Assembly (NCBI GenBank): GCA_018650795.1
Contig: JABIFG010000118.1
Coordinates: 17,731-81,730 of the forward strand
Length of the DNA: 64,000 bases
From: Fidelibacterota bacterium
GTDB taxonomy: Bacteria; Fidelibacterota; UBA8477; JABMPR01
Reading direction: 5' to 3'
This document shows positions 31,355-40,654 of the stretch, in pieces. How positions within the stretch are numbered: the first letter of the stretch is position 1; each line of letters begins with the position of its first letter. Both the position numbers and the translations under genes were made by a program. The notes beneath the pieces were generated by a model. It saw only the letters and a program-made list of their open reading frames with translations, was not told the origin of the DNA and did not search any database.

Positions 31355-32869
31355 ATGTCCGATGAGATCACTTTAAAAGAAAGTTATTTACGCATCCCCC
31401 TCAGTGCCTGGAAAATTATTCTCGGATTTACAGCCTTTCGTTTGTTCCTCGCCATCATCCTGCCTTTGACTCCTCAGGAAGCTTATTATTGGAGTTGGAG
31501 CAGGGATCTTGCTTTATCCTATTTTGATCATCCCCCTCTAGCAAGTTACAGTATCTGGATGACGACCCTGGTTTTTGGCCAAACTATTTTTGGGATAAAA
31601 TTAGCGGCGGTGCTCTGGTATCTGGCAATGAATGTTATCTGGGCATCAATGATCCAGGAAATGTTTGACAATTCACGGCAGACTTTCTGGACCTTGTTGG
31701 CCCTCAATGCTTCCATTGTATTCGAGCTGTATGGGTTTGTCATTACACCAGATACACCCCTCCTGTTCACCTGGACAGCCACAATTTATGCACTCTGGAA
31801 GCTTGTTCAGACCGAGAATCACAAATGGTGGTATGTAGCTGGTCTATTTATGGGATTGGCATGGTTGGGCAAATATTCAGGGATTATGCTGGTACCCTCT
31901 GTGCTTCTTTTTACTATCGTCTCAAAAAATCAACGCAAGTGGCTACTTACTCCACATCCTTACCTTGGTGTGGTTCTAGCGATCCTTGTGTTTTCACCAG
32001 TGCTCATCTGGAATGCCCAACATGATTGGATGTCATTTGCATTTCAGGGATCCCAAAGGGCTTCAGGGATGGGTCACTGGAAGGTGAAACATTTTGGAGA
32101 ACTATTGGGCTCGCAGTTTTTTATTTTATCTCCCTATTTGTTCGTGCTCATTTTCGCGACATTAATTCGGTATGGACGCAAGCTTTTCTCAGGTCTGGAG
32201 GACAAAATATTACTTCTCCTCAGCAGTGGTCTGGTCACATCGGTCTTCTTTGTTGCAGTAAGTTTTCGCAGTTTAGTTAAAATGAATTGGCTGGCTCCAG
32301 CTTACTGGTCTCTAGTCATTCTAGGGATATATCATCTCTTCCAATCACCTCATCGATTTAACCGTATGAGAGCAGGTATTTTCTCATCACTTATATTTCT
32401 GGGGATCGGTATCTCTGTTGTGGCTATTCCAAATGTACCCCTGGGAGAAGGAAATACCTGGAGTGGTTGGAAACAAGCAGCCCACGATGTGAATGCCTTT
32501 CAGGATTCACTAAGAAATGCGGGTGAATCTACCTTCATATTTAGTACTAATTATAAAGCAAGCTCGCTCCTGAAATTTTATTTACCAGGTCAACCAAGGA
32601 CCTATGCCCAGGATATTATTGGCAAACCAGCTCTTCAATTCGACATCTGGCCCAGGGGAGAAGATTTGAAGGGGAGAACCGGATTACTTGTGGTTGATAA
32701 TCGTCGTGAATATCGCTTCAAATCAAAAAAGATAACATCTTACTTCAGTGATGTGAAAAAGCTGAAGACTATCCGGATTGAAAACTTTGGGAAGTTGGTT
32801 CGGAAAATCGATATTTATCAATGCTCTGACTATAAAGGCACAGAAATAGGAAACAACTATGATCAATAA
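31355..32869 (+). CDS. GT-C fold membrane glycosyltransferase, ArnT/PMT-like (GT83/GT39 family)
   Basis: EAYYWSWSRDLALSYFDHPP is the hallmark first periplasmic loop of ArnT/PMT-type polyprenyl-phosphate-sugar-dependent transferases. At least 10 TM helices, then a soluble C-terminal domain. Confidence 0.65.
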   Translation: MSDEITLKESYLRIPLSAWKIILGFTAFRLFLAIILPLTPQEAYYWSWSRDLALSYFDHPPLASYSIWMTTLVFGQTIFGIKLAAVLWYLAMNVIWASMIQEMFDNSRQTFWTLLALNASIVFELYGFVITPDTPLLFTWTATIYALWKLVQTENHKWWYVAGLFMGLAWLGKYSGIMLVPSVLLFTIVSKNQRKWLLTPHPYLGVVLAILVFSPVLIWNAQHDWMSFAFQGSQRASGMGHWKVKHFGELLGSQFFILSPYLFVLIFATLIRYGRKLFSGLEDKILLLLSSGLVTSVFFVAVSFRSLVKMNWLAPAYWSLVILGIYHLFQSPHRFNRMRAGIFSSLIFLGIGISVVAIPNVPLGEGNTWSGWKQAAHDVNAFQDSLRNAGESTFIFSTNYKASSLLKFYLPGQPRTYAQDIIGKPALQFDIWPRGEDLKGRTGLLVVDNRREYRFKSKKITSYFSDVKKLKTIRIENFGKLVRKIDIYQCSDYKGTEIGNNYDQ

Positions 32870-34775
32870 GCCCTACGGTTCCTGGAAGTCTCCCATATCT
32901 GGTAAGTCACTGGTACAGAGTAGCTTACGGCTAGGTCAAATTCAAATTGATGACGAGAGTATCTATTGGAGTGAAGGACGGCCCGCCGAGAAAGGGCGCA
33001 CTGCTCTCATGACTTGGACCGACAACAAAATACATGAGATAACCTCAGACGATAGCGATGTCCGTACTCGTGCCCATGAGTATGGTGGAGGAGCTTTTCT
33101 CTGTGTGAAGGAGCATTACTTTTATATCAATAATTCTGATCAACAAATATATGAAGTTCATGAAAATGGTGAGCCCAGACAGGTAACCAACCATCCTGAA
33201 TATCGCTTTGCGGATATGATTCTGGATCAAAAGCGCGGTTCGCTATATGTGGTTGGTGAGAATCATGCGGACTCCCAAAATATTAAAAACTGTCTCTTAA
33301 GAATCACCCTGGATGGAGGGGGATTACAGATCATTGCTGAAGGACATGATTTCTTCTCCAACCCTCAGCTTAGTCCCGATGGCAGTCAACTTTTATTTTT
33401 AGCATGGGATCATCCCAACATGCCCTGGGATGGCACCCAACTCCAACTGGCTGATTTGGATTTTGATGGGAATATTGCACGAATTCAGGAGCTTGCTGGA
33501 GGAATGGACGAATCCATTTTTCAACCCCAATGGGATCCCGATGGAAGCATCTATTTCATCTCAGATCGCAATGGCTGGTGGAACATTTATCGTTATTACC
33601 ATTCTCAGATTACCTGCATCCTGGAGAGTGAAGCAGAATTTGGACTACCTCAATGGGTTTTCGGGATGAGTAAATATGCGGTGCTCAATACAGGTGATCT
33701 GGTTGCCGCTTATAGCGATCTGTCTGGGTCACACTTATTGAGAATCGATGTCCAAGAGGGCACATCAATAGAGATTAAAACCCATTATACACATATTGAT
33801 CAAGTTAAAGGATCAAAAAACCATATCGCCTTTATTGGTCATACAGACTCACAGCCAGGTGAAGTGGTGACCATGGATCTGGATGAAAAAACCTCGCACA
33901 CGATACGTAAGGCGGCAGAGATTGATATTAATGAATCGTATATCTCCAAAGCACAACACGTCAGTTTTGAATCTGCTCCTGACGAATTGACCCATGCCTG
34001 GTTTTATCCACCTCGAAACCCTGATTATGAGGCACGCTCCGGAGATTTGCCTCCGCTCATCGTGCTAAGTCATGGGGGACCCACCGGCAATAGCTCAGGC
34101 GCATTTAGTTTGGCTATTCAATACTGGACAAGTCGTGGCTTTGCCATTGTAGATGTGAACTATAGTGGTTCCACAGGCTATGGACGACAATATCGTGAAC
34201 GATTAAAAGGGAATTGGGGTGTTCGGGATGTCCACGACTGTGCTACAGCTGCCAAATATCTGGTAGGTGAAGGCTTGGTTGACAAGGAAAGACTGATCAT
34301 TAAGGGTGGCAGTGCTGGGGGCTATACCACCCTGGCAGCTCTAACCTTTTTGGATGTTTTTAAAGCAGGAGCCAGCTACTATGGCGTTGGAGATTTGACT
34401 TTGCTCGCCCGCGATACCCATAAATTTGAGAGTCGTTATCTGGATAGTATGATTGGACCTTATCCAGAGGAAAAGCAGCTGTATATAGACCGTTCGCCTT
34501 TGAATTTCGCGGATCAGTTGGACTGTCCTGTCATCTTTATGCAGGGTTTAGATGATTCTGTTGTCCCACCTGACCAGGCGAAGAGCATGGTTGCAGCCCT
34601 CAAGAATAATGGAATTCCTGTCGCTTATCTGCCCTTCGAAGGTGAGTCGCATGGATTTAGACAAGCGACGACAGTCGTCAAAGCCATTGAGAGTGAATAC
34701 TATTTTTATACTCGGATATTTGGAATCGATCCTGTTGAGTCAGTTGAACCCATAGAAATTTTCAATTTGGGCTAG
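32859..34775 (+). CDS. S9-family serine peptidase (prolyl oligopeptidase / acylaminoacyl-peptidase type) with N-terminal beta-propeller
   Basis: C-terminal alpha/beta hydrolase with nucleophile GGSAGGYTT, later Asp and His (GESHGF). N-terminal propeller repeats (SPDGS, DPDGS). Confidence 0.8.
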   Translation: MINKPYGSWKSPISGKSLVQSSLRLGQIQIDDESIYWSEGRPAEKGRTALMTWTDNKIHEITSDDSDVRTRAHEYGGGAFLCVKEHYFYINNSDQQIYEVHENGEPRQVTNHPEYRFADMILDQKRGSLYVVGENHADSQNIKNCLLRITLDGGGLQIIAEGHDFFSNPQLSPDGSQLLFLAWDHPNMPWDGTQLQLADLDFDGNIARIQELAGGMDESIFQPQWDPDGSIYFISDRNGWWNIYRYYHSQITCILESEAEFGLPQWVFGMSKYAVLNTGDLVAAYSDLSGSHLLRIDVQEGTSIEIKTHYTHIDQVKGSKNHIAFIGHTDSQPGEVVTMDLDEKTSHTIRKAAEIDINESYISKAQHVSFESAPDELTHAWFYPPRNPDYEARSGDLPPLIVLSHGGPTGNSSGAFSLAIQYWTSRGFAIVDVNYSGSTGYGRQYRERLKGNWGVRDVHDCATAAKYLVGEGLVDKERLIIKGGSAGGYTTLAALTFLDVFKAGASYYGVGDLTLLARDTHKFESRYLDSMIGPYPEEKQLYIDRSPLNFADQLDCPVIFMQGLDDSVVPPDQAKSMVAALKNNGIPVAYLPFEGESHGFRQATTVVKAIESEYYFYTRIFGIDPVESVEPIEIFNLG

Positions 34776-35145
34776 CATCCAAATAGAGTATCATATTGTA
34801 ATTATGAGCATTTTAGGAATAAAAAAAACTGCAACAATGTGACGTTTTTGAACCGTGTATATTCACGGTGGGCACCGCCCTTAAAGATCAGACTTCCTTG
34901 ATCCCTGGGGGGAGGGAAAGGCCTGCCTTAGCAGCAAGGAGATAAGTTCCCGTTGATTAAGTCTCGTTCAAAAAATGCCGAGCATCATTGCAGTCAAAAA
35001 TTTTAAAGAGCACCCTGATATTCCCCCCAATGCACCAAATTTAGCTCCAGAGCAGGTCATGTCCTAGACCAAAAGAAATGGATGCGAATAAAGGTATTAT
35101 AGACCTTTTAATTAAGCTGAAAAGCATGGAGTATTGAGCCAGAAG

Positions 35146-36408
35146 TTAGACGTTTCTCAGAACATCCTCCCCCTCAGATTTTGCCACAATGACAGCTCCC
35201 ATTGTGTCGCTGGTAACATTTACTACTGTGCGAAACATATCAAGCGGTCGATCAACTGCCAACATGGTTCCAACAATGATAGCAGCTTGCGGATGATCAC
35301 CCAGTCCCACTGCATCCAGAACAATAAATATCATGACCAATCCTGCGGAGGGTATTGCTGCCGCACCTACTGATGCTAGAAATGCTGTGATGACAATGAG
35401 CAGTTGTTGGGCTAAGGTAAGATCGAATCCAAGAGCTTGTGAAATAAAGAGGACTCCGGCACATTCATATAGCGCAGTACCGTCCATATTGATTGTGGCA
35501 CCCAAGGGAAGTACGAAACTGGTCACTTTGTTTGAAACGCCAGCACGATTCTCTATACAGTCCATGGTTACTGGTAGTGTAGCCCCAGATGAACTGGTGG
35601 AAAAGGCGGTTGCCATGGCTGAAGCAATGGCCTTAAAATGTTTTAAAGGATTAATCCTGGTAAAGAGAAAGAAAACTATGGGCAGTACAATAAATATGTG
35701 AATGGTGAGACCTGAGGCTATGGTCACCATATACCAGCCAACCGCCTTGAAAAGTGCAAAACCAGTGCTGGATACCGCCTTGGCAATCAAGCCAAACACA
35801 CCAATAGGTAGAAAAAGGATAACGCCCTGGGTCATTTTCATCATGACCTTGAAAAAGGTATCGAAAAGATCCCGTACTATTTTGTACTGGGTATCTGGAA
35901 GTGCAGTAATTGCCATTCCCAGAACAATCGAGAAAAAGATGACGGACAAAACATCACCTTGTGCGGCAGCCTGGATAGGATTGGTAGGAATCATGCGAAT
36001 CAGTATGTTACCCAGACTTCCTGGTTGGCTCAGACTGGATGGATCAAAGTTTTTACCTCCAGCATTAATATCCACACCTACACCAGGTTGAATAATATTG
36101 GTTAGCGTCAGACCAACAAGGATTGCCAGCATGGAGGTGAGGAAGTAATAGCCAAAGGTTTTTGCTCCAAGACGACCCAGGCTCTTATTCTCACCGATGC
36201 CCGCTACACCAGAAGTAATGGAAAAGAATATCAGTGGTACGATGACCATTTTTAGAAGTCGCATAAACATATCACCCAGTGGAGCCACATTCATTGCCTT
36301 CTCACCCAAAAGCAATGCATAGACAATTCCTGCACCCATAGCGATAAACACTTTCCAATACAATTCCAAGTTCCAGAACTTCATGAATGCTTGACGTAGC
36401 AGTGACAT
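35146..36408 (-). CDS. Dicarboxylate/amino acid:cation symporter (DAACS/SLC1 family)
   Basis: Eight-TM/two-hairpin architecture with the conserved SSSGATLP-like motif (SSSSGATLPVTMD) and NMDGTALYE. Confidence 0.8.
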   Translation of the reverse strand: MSLLRQAFMKFWNLELYWKVFIAMGAGIVYALLLGEKAMNVAPLGDMFMRLLKMVIVPLIFFSITSGVAGIGENKSLGRLGAKTFGYYFLTSMLAILVGLTLTNIIQPGVGVDINAGGKNFDPSSLSQPGSLGNILIRMIPTNPIQAAAQGDVLSVIFFSIVLGMAITALPDTQYKIVRDLFDTFFKVMMKMTQGVILFLPIGVFGLIAKAVSSTGFALFKAVGWYMVTIASGLTIHIFIVLPIVFFLFTRINPLKHFKAIASAMATAFSTSSSGATLPVTMDCIENRAGVSNKVTSFVLPLGATINMDGTALYECAGVLFISQALGFDLTLAQQLLIVITAFLASVGAAAIPSAGLVMIFIVLDAVGLGDHPQAAIIVGTMLAVDRPLDMFRTVVNVTSDTMGAVIVAKSEGEDVLRNV

Positions 36409-36591
36409 AGATTTGACCTCAAGATTTAATTACTGTTGAAATGAACGTGGCACAATATAGAATCGCAGTGGTTGAATGCACCCCGCAATTTGAATCTGAA
36501 TTTATGTATTAGTTTTGGACAGAAAGGGTTTGACTAAATGCAGGATTTGATTTAGTTCGTGCTGGGGAAAGAAAAGGAATAGGCCAAAGAA

Positions 36592-37785
36592 GTGTTTTTT
36601 ATAATAGTCGTATTTGTAATGACCATCCTGTATGGATATGTAGGCGCCAGAGTGATTGCTCCGTTTGATATCTCAGGTGTGAGTCTGGTTGTATATTGGA
36701 CCGTAATTGTTCTGTTGGCAATAACCCCTATAGCAGGGATGATTCTTAGATCCAGAGGGCTGGAGAATCTGTTTATTGACAGTTTTCTGTGGCTTGGATT
36801 TATCGGTATGGGATTGTTTTCACTGGCCTTCATAGCATTTATCGTTCGAGATCTGGGGTGGGTGACTGGCACACTTTCATTCAATATCTTAAAAACGATC
36901 ACCAGTAGTAGCCCCAGCAGTATTCAATTGGATCCTGGGCGTAGACAATTTCTGCTCATGTCTATGAATCTGGGGATCGTAGGCGTTACATCCCTATTGG
37001 GTGGTATTGGATTGTTTCAAGCTCGCAGAAAAGCCTCTATCATTACCCAAAACATTGCCATTGAAAAGTTACCCTCAGAATTTGAAGGATTGACAATTGC
37101 CCAGATATCAGACTTGCATGTTGGGCCGACTATCAAAGCAGACTATGCCAGGACAGTTGTTGATCAGGTCAATGCACTTCAACCAGACCTCATATTTTTC
37201 ACTGGCGATATGGTTGATGGATCAGTAGATCGCCTGTCAGAGGACGTTGAGCCACTACGTTATTTAAAATCAAAATATGGTACTTATTTTGTCACCGGCA
37301 ACCACGAATATTACTCAGGTGCAGAACAATGGGTGGACAAGGTCCATGAACTGGGTATGATTCATCTCGAAAATGAGCATCGTATTTTGAAAAAGGGTAA
37401 GGCCTCTCTGGCCATTGCCGGAGTGACTGATCTCATGGCTCACCATACTATTAAATCTCACAAAACTGACCCTCACAAGGCTATGAGAGGGATTCCTGAT
37501 GATATGCCGAGCATTATGCTGGCCCACCAGCCGGGAACGGTTGAATTGACCCAGGGCTTATCTATTGATCTTTTAGTCAGCGGGCATACTCATGGAGGTC
37601 AGTTTATGCCCTTCAATCTTGCTGTAGCGAAAGCCCATAAGTATTATGCAGGACTGTATAATCATGGGACAATGCAAGTTTATGTAAATCGTGGAACAGG
37701 GTATTGGGGTCCACCCCTGCGCCTTGGAATACCGTCTGAAATCACACTGTTCAAACTTTCCTCAGTAGAGATTGATATTTCCTAA
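36592..37785 (+). CDS. Membrane-anchored calcineurin-like metallophosphoesterase
   Basis: Four N-terminal TM helices, then DLHVG, GDMVDGS, GNHEY and GHTHGGQ phosphoesterase motifs. Confidence 0.7.
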   Translation: MFFIIVVFVMTILYGYVGARVIAPFDISGVSLVVYWTVIVLLAITPIAGMILRSRGLENLFIDSFLWLGFIGMGLFSLAFIAFIVRDLGWVTGTLSFNILKTITSSSPSSIQLDPGRRQFLLMSMNLGIVGVTSLLGGIGLFQARRKASIITQNIAIEKLPSEFEGLTIAQISDLHVGPTIKADYARTVVDQVNALQPDLIFFTGDMVDGSVDRLSEDVEPLRYLKSKYGTYFVTGNHEYYSGAEQWVDKVHELGMIHLENEHRILKKGKASLAIAGVTDLMAHHTIKSHKTDPHKAMRGIPDDMPSIMLAHQPGTVELTQGLSIDLLVSGHTHGGQFMPFNLAVAKAHKYYAGLYNHGTMQVYVNRGTGYWGPPLRLGIPSEITLFKLSSVEIDIS

Positions 37786-37865
37786 AGACCGCTGAGACGC
37801 GATAAATTAAAAAGAGCACCCCAATTTCTGGGATGCTCTTGACCTTCTACAGGGAGGAAGAAGAA

Positions 37866-38390
37866 TTAATTGCGAAAGTGACGTCGACCCTGGTGATATT
37901 CACCTCGGCCATCACCTCTAGCATCGCCTCTACCATGAAAATTTCGGCCACCCATTCGACCCATCTTACTTTGGAATATATCGAATTGTTCAGCCGTCAA
38001 GACCTTACGTACATCCATGTGATGGTCTGCACGAGCTTTATCAATCGCTACACGTGCTGCACCAACTTTGTCAATCTGGGCATAAATTTTCTTTTTATTA
38101 GGCTCATCAGCTCGCTTGAGCTTTCTTAGTTCCAATTGAGCACTCTGTTGTTTAGCCCTTAATTTGATCAAAATCTCCTCTTTATCAAATCTCAGACTTT
38201 GCATTTGGTCTTCCTGCTCAGCTGTCAAATTCAACTCTTGAATCATCAAGCCCTGACCCGTGCCCTGTCCACTCTTACCTGCTCCTCTTTGTCCAAAGGA
38301 TGGTAATGCTATTGCCAGCATCAGAAAAGGGAGGACCACTCGTTTTGTCATTTTGTTCATGTTATTATTCCTTTCAATTAATTTTTTCAA
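37866..38390 (-). CDS. Spy/CpxP-family periplasmic protein (LTXXQ motifs)
   Basis: Signal peptide, two LTxxQ motifs (LTAEQEDQM, LTAEQFDIF), and an RGD/RGDG-rich basic tail. The true start is probably the internal Met (MNKMTKR, near 38360). Confidence 0.55.
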   Translation of the reverse strand: MKKLIERNNNMNKMTKRVVLPFLMLAIALPSFGQRGAGKSGQGTGQGLMIQELNLTAEQEDQMQSLRFDKEEILIKLRAKQQSAQLELRKLKRADEPNKKKIYAQIDKVGAARVAIDKARADHHMDVRKVLTAEQFDIFQSKMGRMGGRNFHGRGDARGDGRGEYHQGRRHFRN

Positions 38391-38512
38391 ATCTCTGTGG
38401 TTTTAGACCAGCACATTCCAAGAAGGTTAAGATGGTGATAATTATCTAAGGGAGTTCCCCTCCACAGGTTATTTTCAATTGTTCATTCATCTTATTGAGA
38501 AAGGAGTGAACC

Positions 38513-39661
38513 ATGCTATTAGACGATGGGAAGATTTATCTAGATTACAACGCAACTACACCCATAGATCCAATGGTTCAGGAAGCGATGGAGCCCTTTT
38601 ATCGTTCACATTTCGGGAATCCTTCCTCCAATCATAGTCTGGGCAGGTATAATCGACAGGCCATTGATTTTGCCAGAGAACAAGTGGCAAGTCTGCTGGG
38701 AACCCAGCCTGAAGAAGTAATATTTACTTCAGGAGGTTCAGAATCCAATAATATGGCACTCAAGGGCATCGCCTCCCGGGCAGCCGTCAAAGGTCAGCAC
38801 ATTATTGTATCCAAAGTTGAGCATCCCGCTATCCTGAACGTGGTTCAGTATCTGCAACATCAAGGCTTCAGAATCAGTTTTCTACCAGTTGACAGCCAGG
38901 GAGTTGTTCAACCTGATGACCTGGACGAGATTATTACTTCGAAAACTATCCTGGTTTCTGTGATGCATGCAAATAATGAGATTGGCAGTATACAACCCAT
39001 AGATGAGCTGACTGAGATTGCCCATCGTGCTGGTGCCACGTTTCACACGGATGCAGCTCAGTCTGTAGGTAAAATTCCTGTTGATGTGAATGATTTAGGC
39101 TGTGATCTATTGAGTGTGGCTGGCCATAAACTGTATGCTCCCAAAGGTGTGGGAGTGCTCTACAAAAAGACGGGCATCGATCTTGAACCTCTACTCCATG
39201 GTGCTGATCATGAAAACGGGATGCGGGCTGGAACTGAAAATGTAGCCCAAATTGTTGGTTTGGGGATGGCTGCGGAAATCGCCAGCCAGAAACTAGAGTC
39301 GGAAATGTTACGACTGAAGAATTTACGTGATCGTTTACAGGCGAGTTTGAAACAGGCATTTCCCGAAATACGGATCAACGCCGTAAGTACACCAAGACTA
39401 CCAAATACTCTGAGTGTCAGTTTCGCTCAACTGAATGCTCTGGATATTCTGGCCAATCTTGAAGAAGTCATGATTTCAGCAGGTGCCGCCTGTCACAGTG
39501 GCGACGGGAAAGGCTCTGGTGTCCTCGAAGCTATGCACATTCCCTTGAACTATCAGCTCGGGACGATTAGAATTTCTCTGGGTCGTTTCTGTGATGAATC
39601 AATTGTGCAGCAAGCGTCAGCTATTCTGATCCAACGAATTACACGGCTTTTGGAAAGTTAA
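38513..39661 (+). CDS. Cysteine desulfurase (NifS/IscS, class V aminotransferase)
   Basis: YLDYNATTPIDP, the PLP Lys in SVAGHKLYAPKGVGVLY, and an active-site Cys loop SAGAACHSG. Confidence 0.85.
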   Translation: MLLDDGKIYLDYNATTPIDPMVQEAMEPFYRSHFGNPSSNHSLGRYNRQAIDFAREQVASLLGTQPEEVIFTSGGSESNNMALKGIASRAAVKGQHIIVSKVEHPAILNVVQYLQHQGFRISFLPVDSQGVVQPDDLDEIITSKTILVSVMHANNEIGSIQPIDELTEIAHRAGATFHTDAAQSVGKIPVDVNDLGCDLLSVAGHKLYAPKGVGVLYKKTGIDLEPLLHGADHENGMRAGTENVAQIVGLGMAAEIASQKLESEMLRLKNLRDRLQASLKQAFPEIRINAVSTPRLPNTLSVSFAQLNALDILANLEEVMISAGAACHSGDGKGSGVLEAMHIPLNYQLGTIRISLGRFCDESIVQQASAILIQRITRLLES

Positions 39662-39703
39662 TATATTTCATCTTAACCATTTCAGGTAATCGAAGTCAAA
39701 GCC

Positions 39704-40522
39704 ATGACAAGTTTATCTATAGATGAAGGAATTGATATGATCAAAAAGTGGAATATAACAGGACTATTAGCGCTGTCGCTCATAATGAATGCCTGCAGCA
39801 GCAATGTGTATCTCAGTGAAGTAGCAAGCACAGATTTTAGAACAGATGGTCTGCGGTCTGAGTGGGACGGTAGATTTCAGATACCCGATGGTGAGAGCTT
39901 TGCTCTAGGTGTGAGTCATGATAAAAATTATCTATACATCGCAATAAGTAGTATTGATATGGGTTTTCAGCGTCAGTTAGCCATGGGAGGACTCACGTTG
40001 TGGCTCGATGCAAAAGGGGGCAAACGTCAGAATTTTGGAATAAATTTTGAGGGTATGATGCCAAGAGGGCAACGACCTGATGTGTATCAACGTGGTCAAT
40101 ATCGGGATTCAGGCTCTCAGGGGGGAGACTCAAGATTGGGTCTCTCAAAATTGTTTGAAGGTGAATTATCAATAATTGTGGTTGATACGAAAGTAGGCAA
40201 AAGTCTAGGGCCGGCAGATCTACTAGCCACAGCAAACTCCTATGATGAAACACTCTTTATTGAATATCAGATTCCTCTGGCTCTATTGGGTGATGGATTT
40301 GATATGCAAAAGAAACTTGGCCTTGGTATTGAGTCCAAATCAGAGCGACCTACCATGGGAGGCGGGCACCCTGGTGGAATGAGTGGTGGGGGTAAGGGAG
40401 GCGGATCAGGTGGAAGGGGCGGAGGCCAAAGGGGTGGAGGTCAACGTCCTGGTGGTCAACCTGGTTCAGGTATGGAACAAAATAATATTGATGTCTGGGT
40501 GAAAATCCAACTTGCTCCTTAG
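39704..40522 (+). CDS. Hypothetical lipoprotein with a Gly-rich low-complexity tail
   Basis: Lipobox LIMNAC. C-terminal GGGHPGGMSGGGKGGGSGGRGGGQRGGGQRPGGQPGSG. Confidence 0.4.
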   Translation: MTSLSIDEGIDMIKKWNITGLLALSLIMNACSSNVYLSEVASTDFRTDGLRSEWDGRFQIPDGESFALGVSHDKNYLYIAISSIDMGFQRQLAMGGLTLWLDAKGGKRQNFGINFEGMMPRGQRPDVYQRGQYRDSGSQGGDSRLGLSKLFEGELSIIVVDTKVGKSLGPADLLATANSYDETLFIEYQIPLALLGDGFDMQKKLGLGIESKSERPTMGGGHPGGMSGGGKGGGSGGRGGGQRGGGQRPGGQPGSGMEQNNIDVWVKIQLAP

Positions 40523-40546
40523 CAAAATAATCACACCATTATTTTC

Positions 40547-40577
40547 AAAACTCCGTCTAAATGATGGAGTTTTTTTT
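40547..40577 (+). terminator. Rho-independent terminator
   Basis: AAAACTCC-N11-GGAGTTTT hairpin followed by a T-run. Confidence 0.5.
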
Positions 40578-40620
40578 AGAAACAAATATTTGCATGTTGA
40601 TAACTCAGGTTTATTCTTGC

Positions 40621-40639
40621 TGTGATAAAAATTATCACA
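40621..40639. promoter_or_regulatory. Perfect palindrome TGTGATA-N5-TATCACA immediately upstream of pckA (candidate operator)
   Basis: 7-bp arms and a 5-bp AT spacer, 16 bp upstream of the pckA ATG. CRP/FNR-like half-sites but with non-canonical spacing. Confidence 0.35.
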
Positions 40640-40654
40640 AAACCTGGGGATATT

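Noticed and set aside
34900-34925. GGAGGGAAAGGCCUGCC, reminiscent of the RNase P RNA P4 motif GGAGGAAAGUCCGGGCUCC
   Set aside because: None of the other universally conserved RNase P segments (AGGGUGAAA, GGUAA, ACAGAACCCGGCUUA) are present on either strand, so this is not RNase P RNA.
35070-35105. AGCAGGUCAUGUCC resembling the SRP RNA domain IV core CCAGGUCAGGUCC
   Set aside because: The obligatory following GGAAGGAAGCAGCC element and the pairing 5' half are absent.
40622-40654. GTG start of the tracked pckA ORF (MIKIITKPGDI...)
   Set aside because: The extension overlaps the palindromic operator. The ATG at 40655 has a G-rich RBS at appropriate spacing and aligns with PEPCK N-termini.
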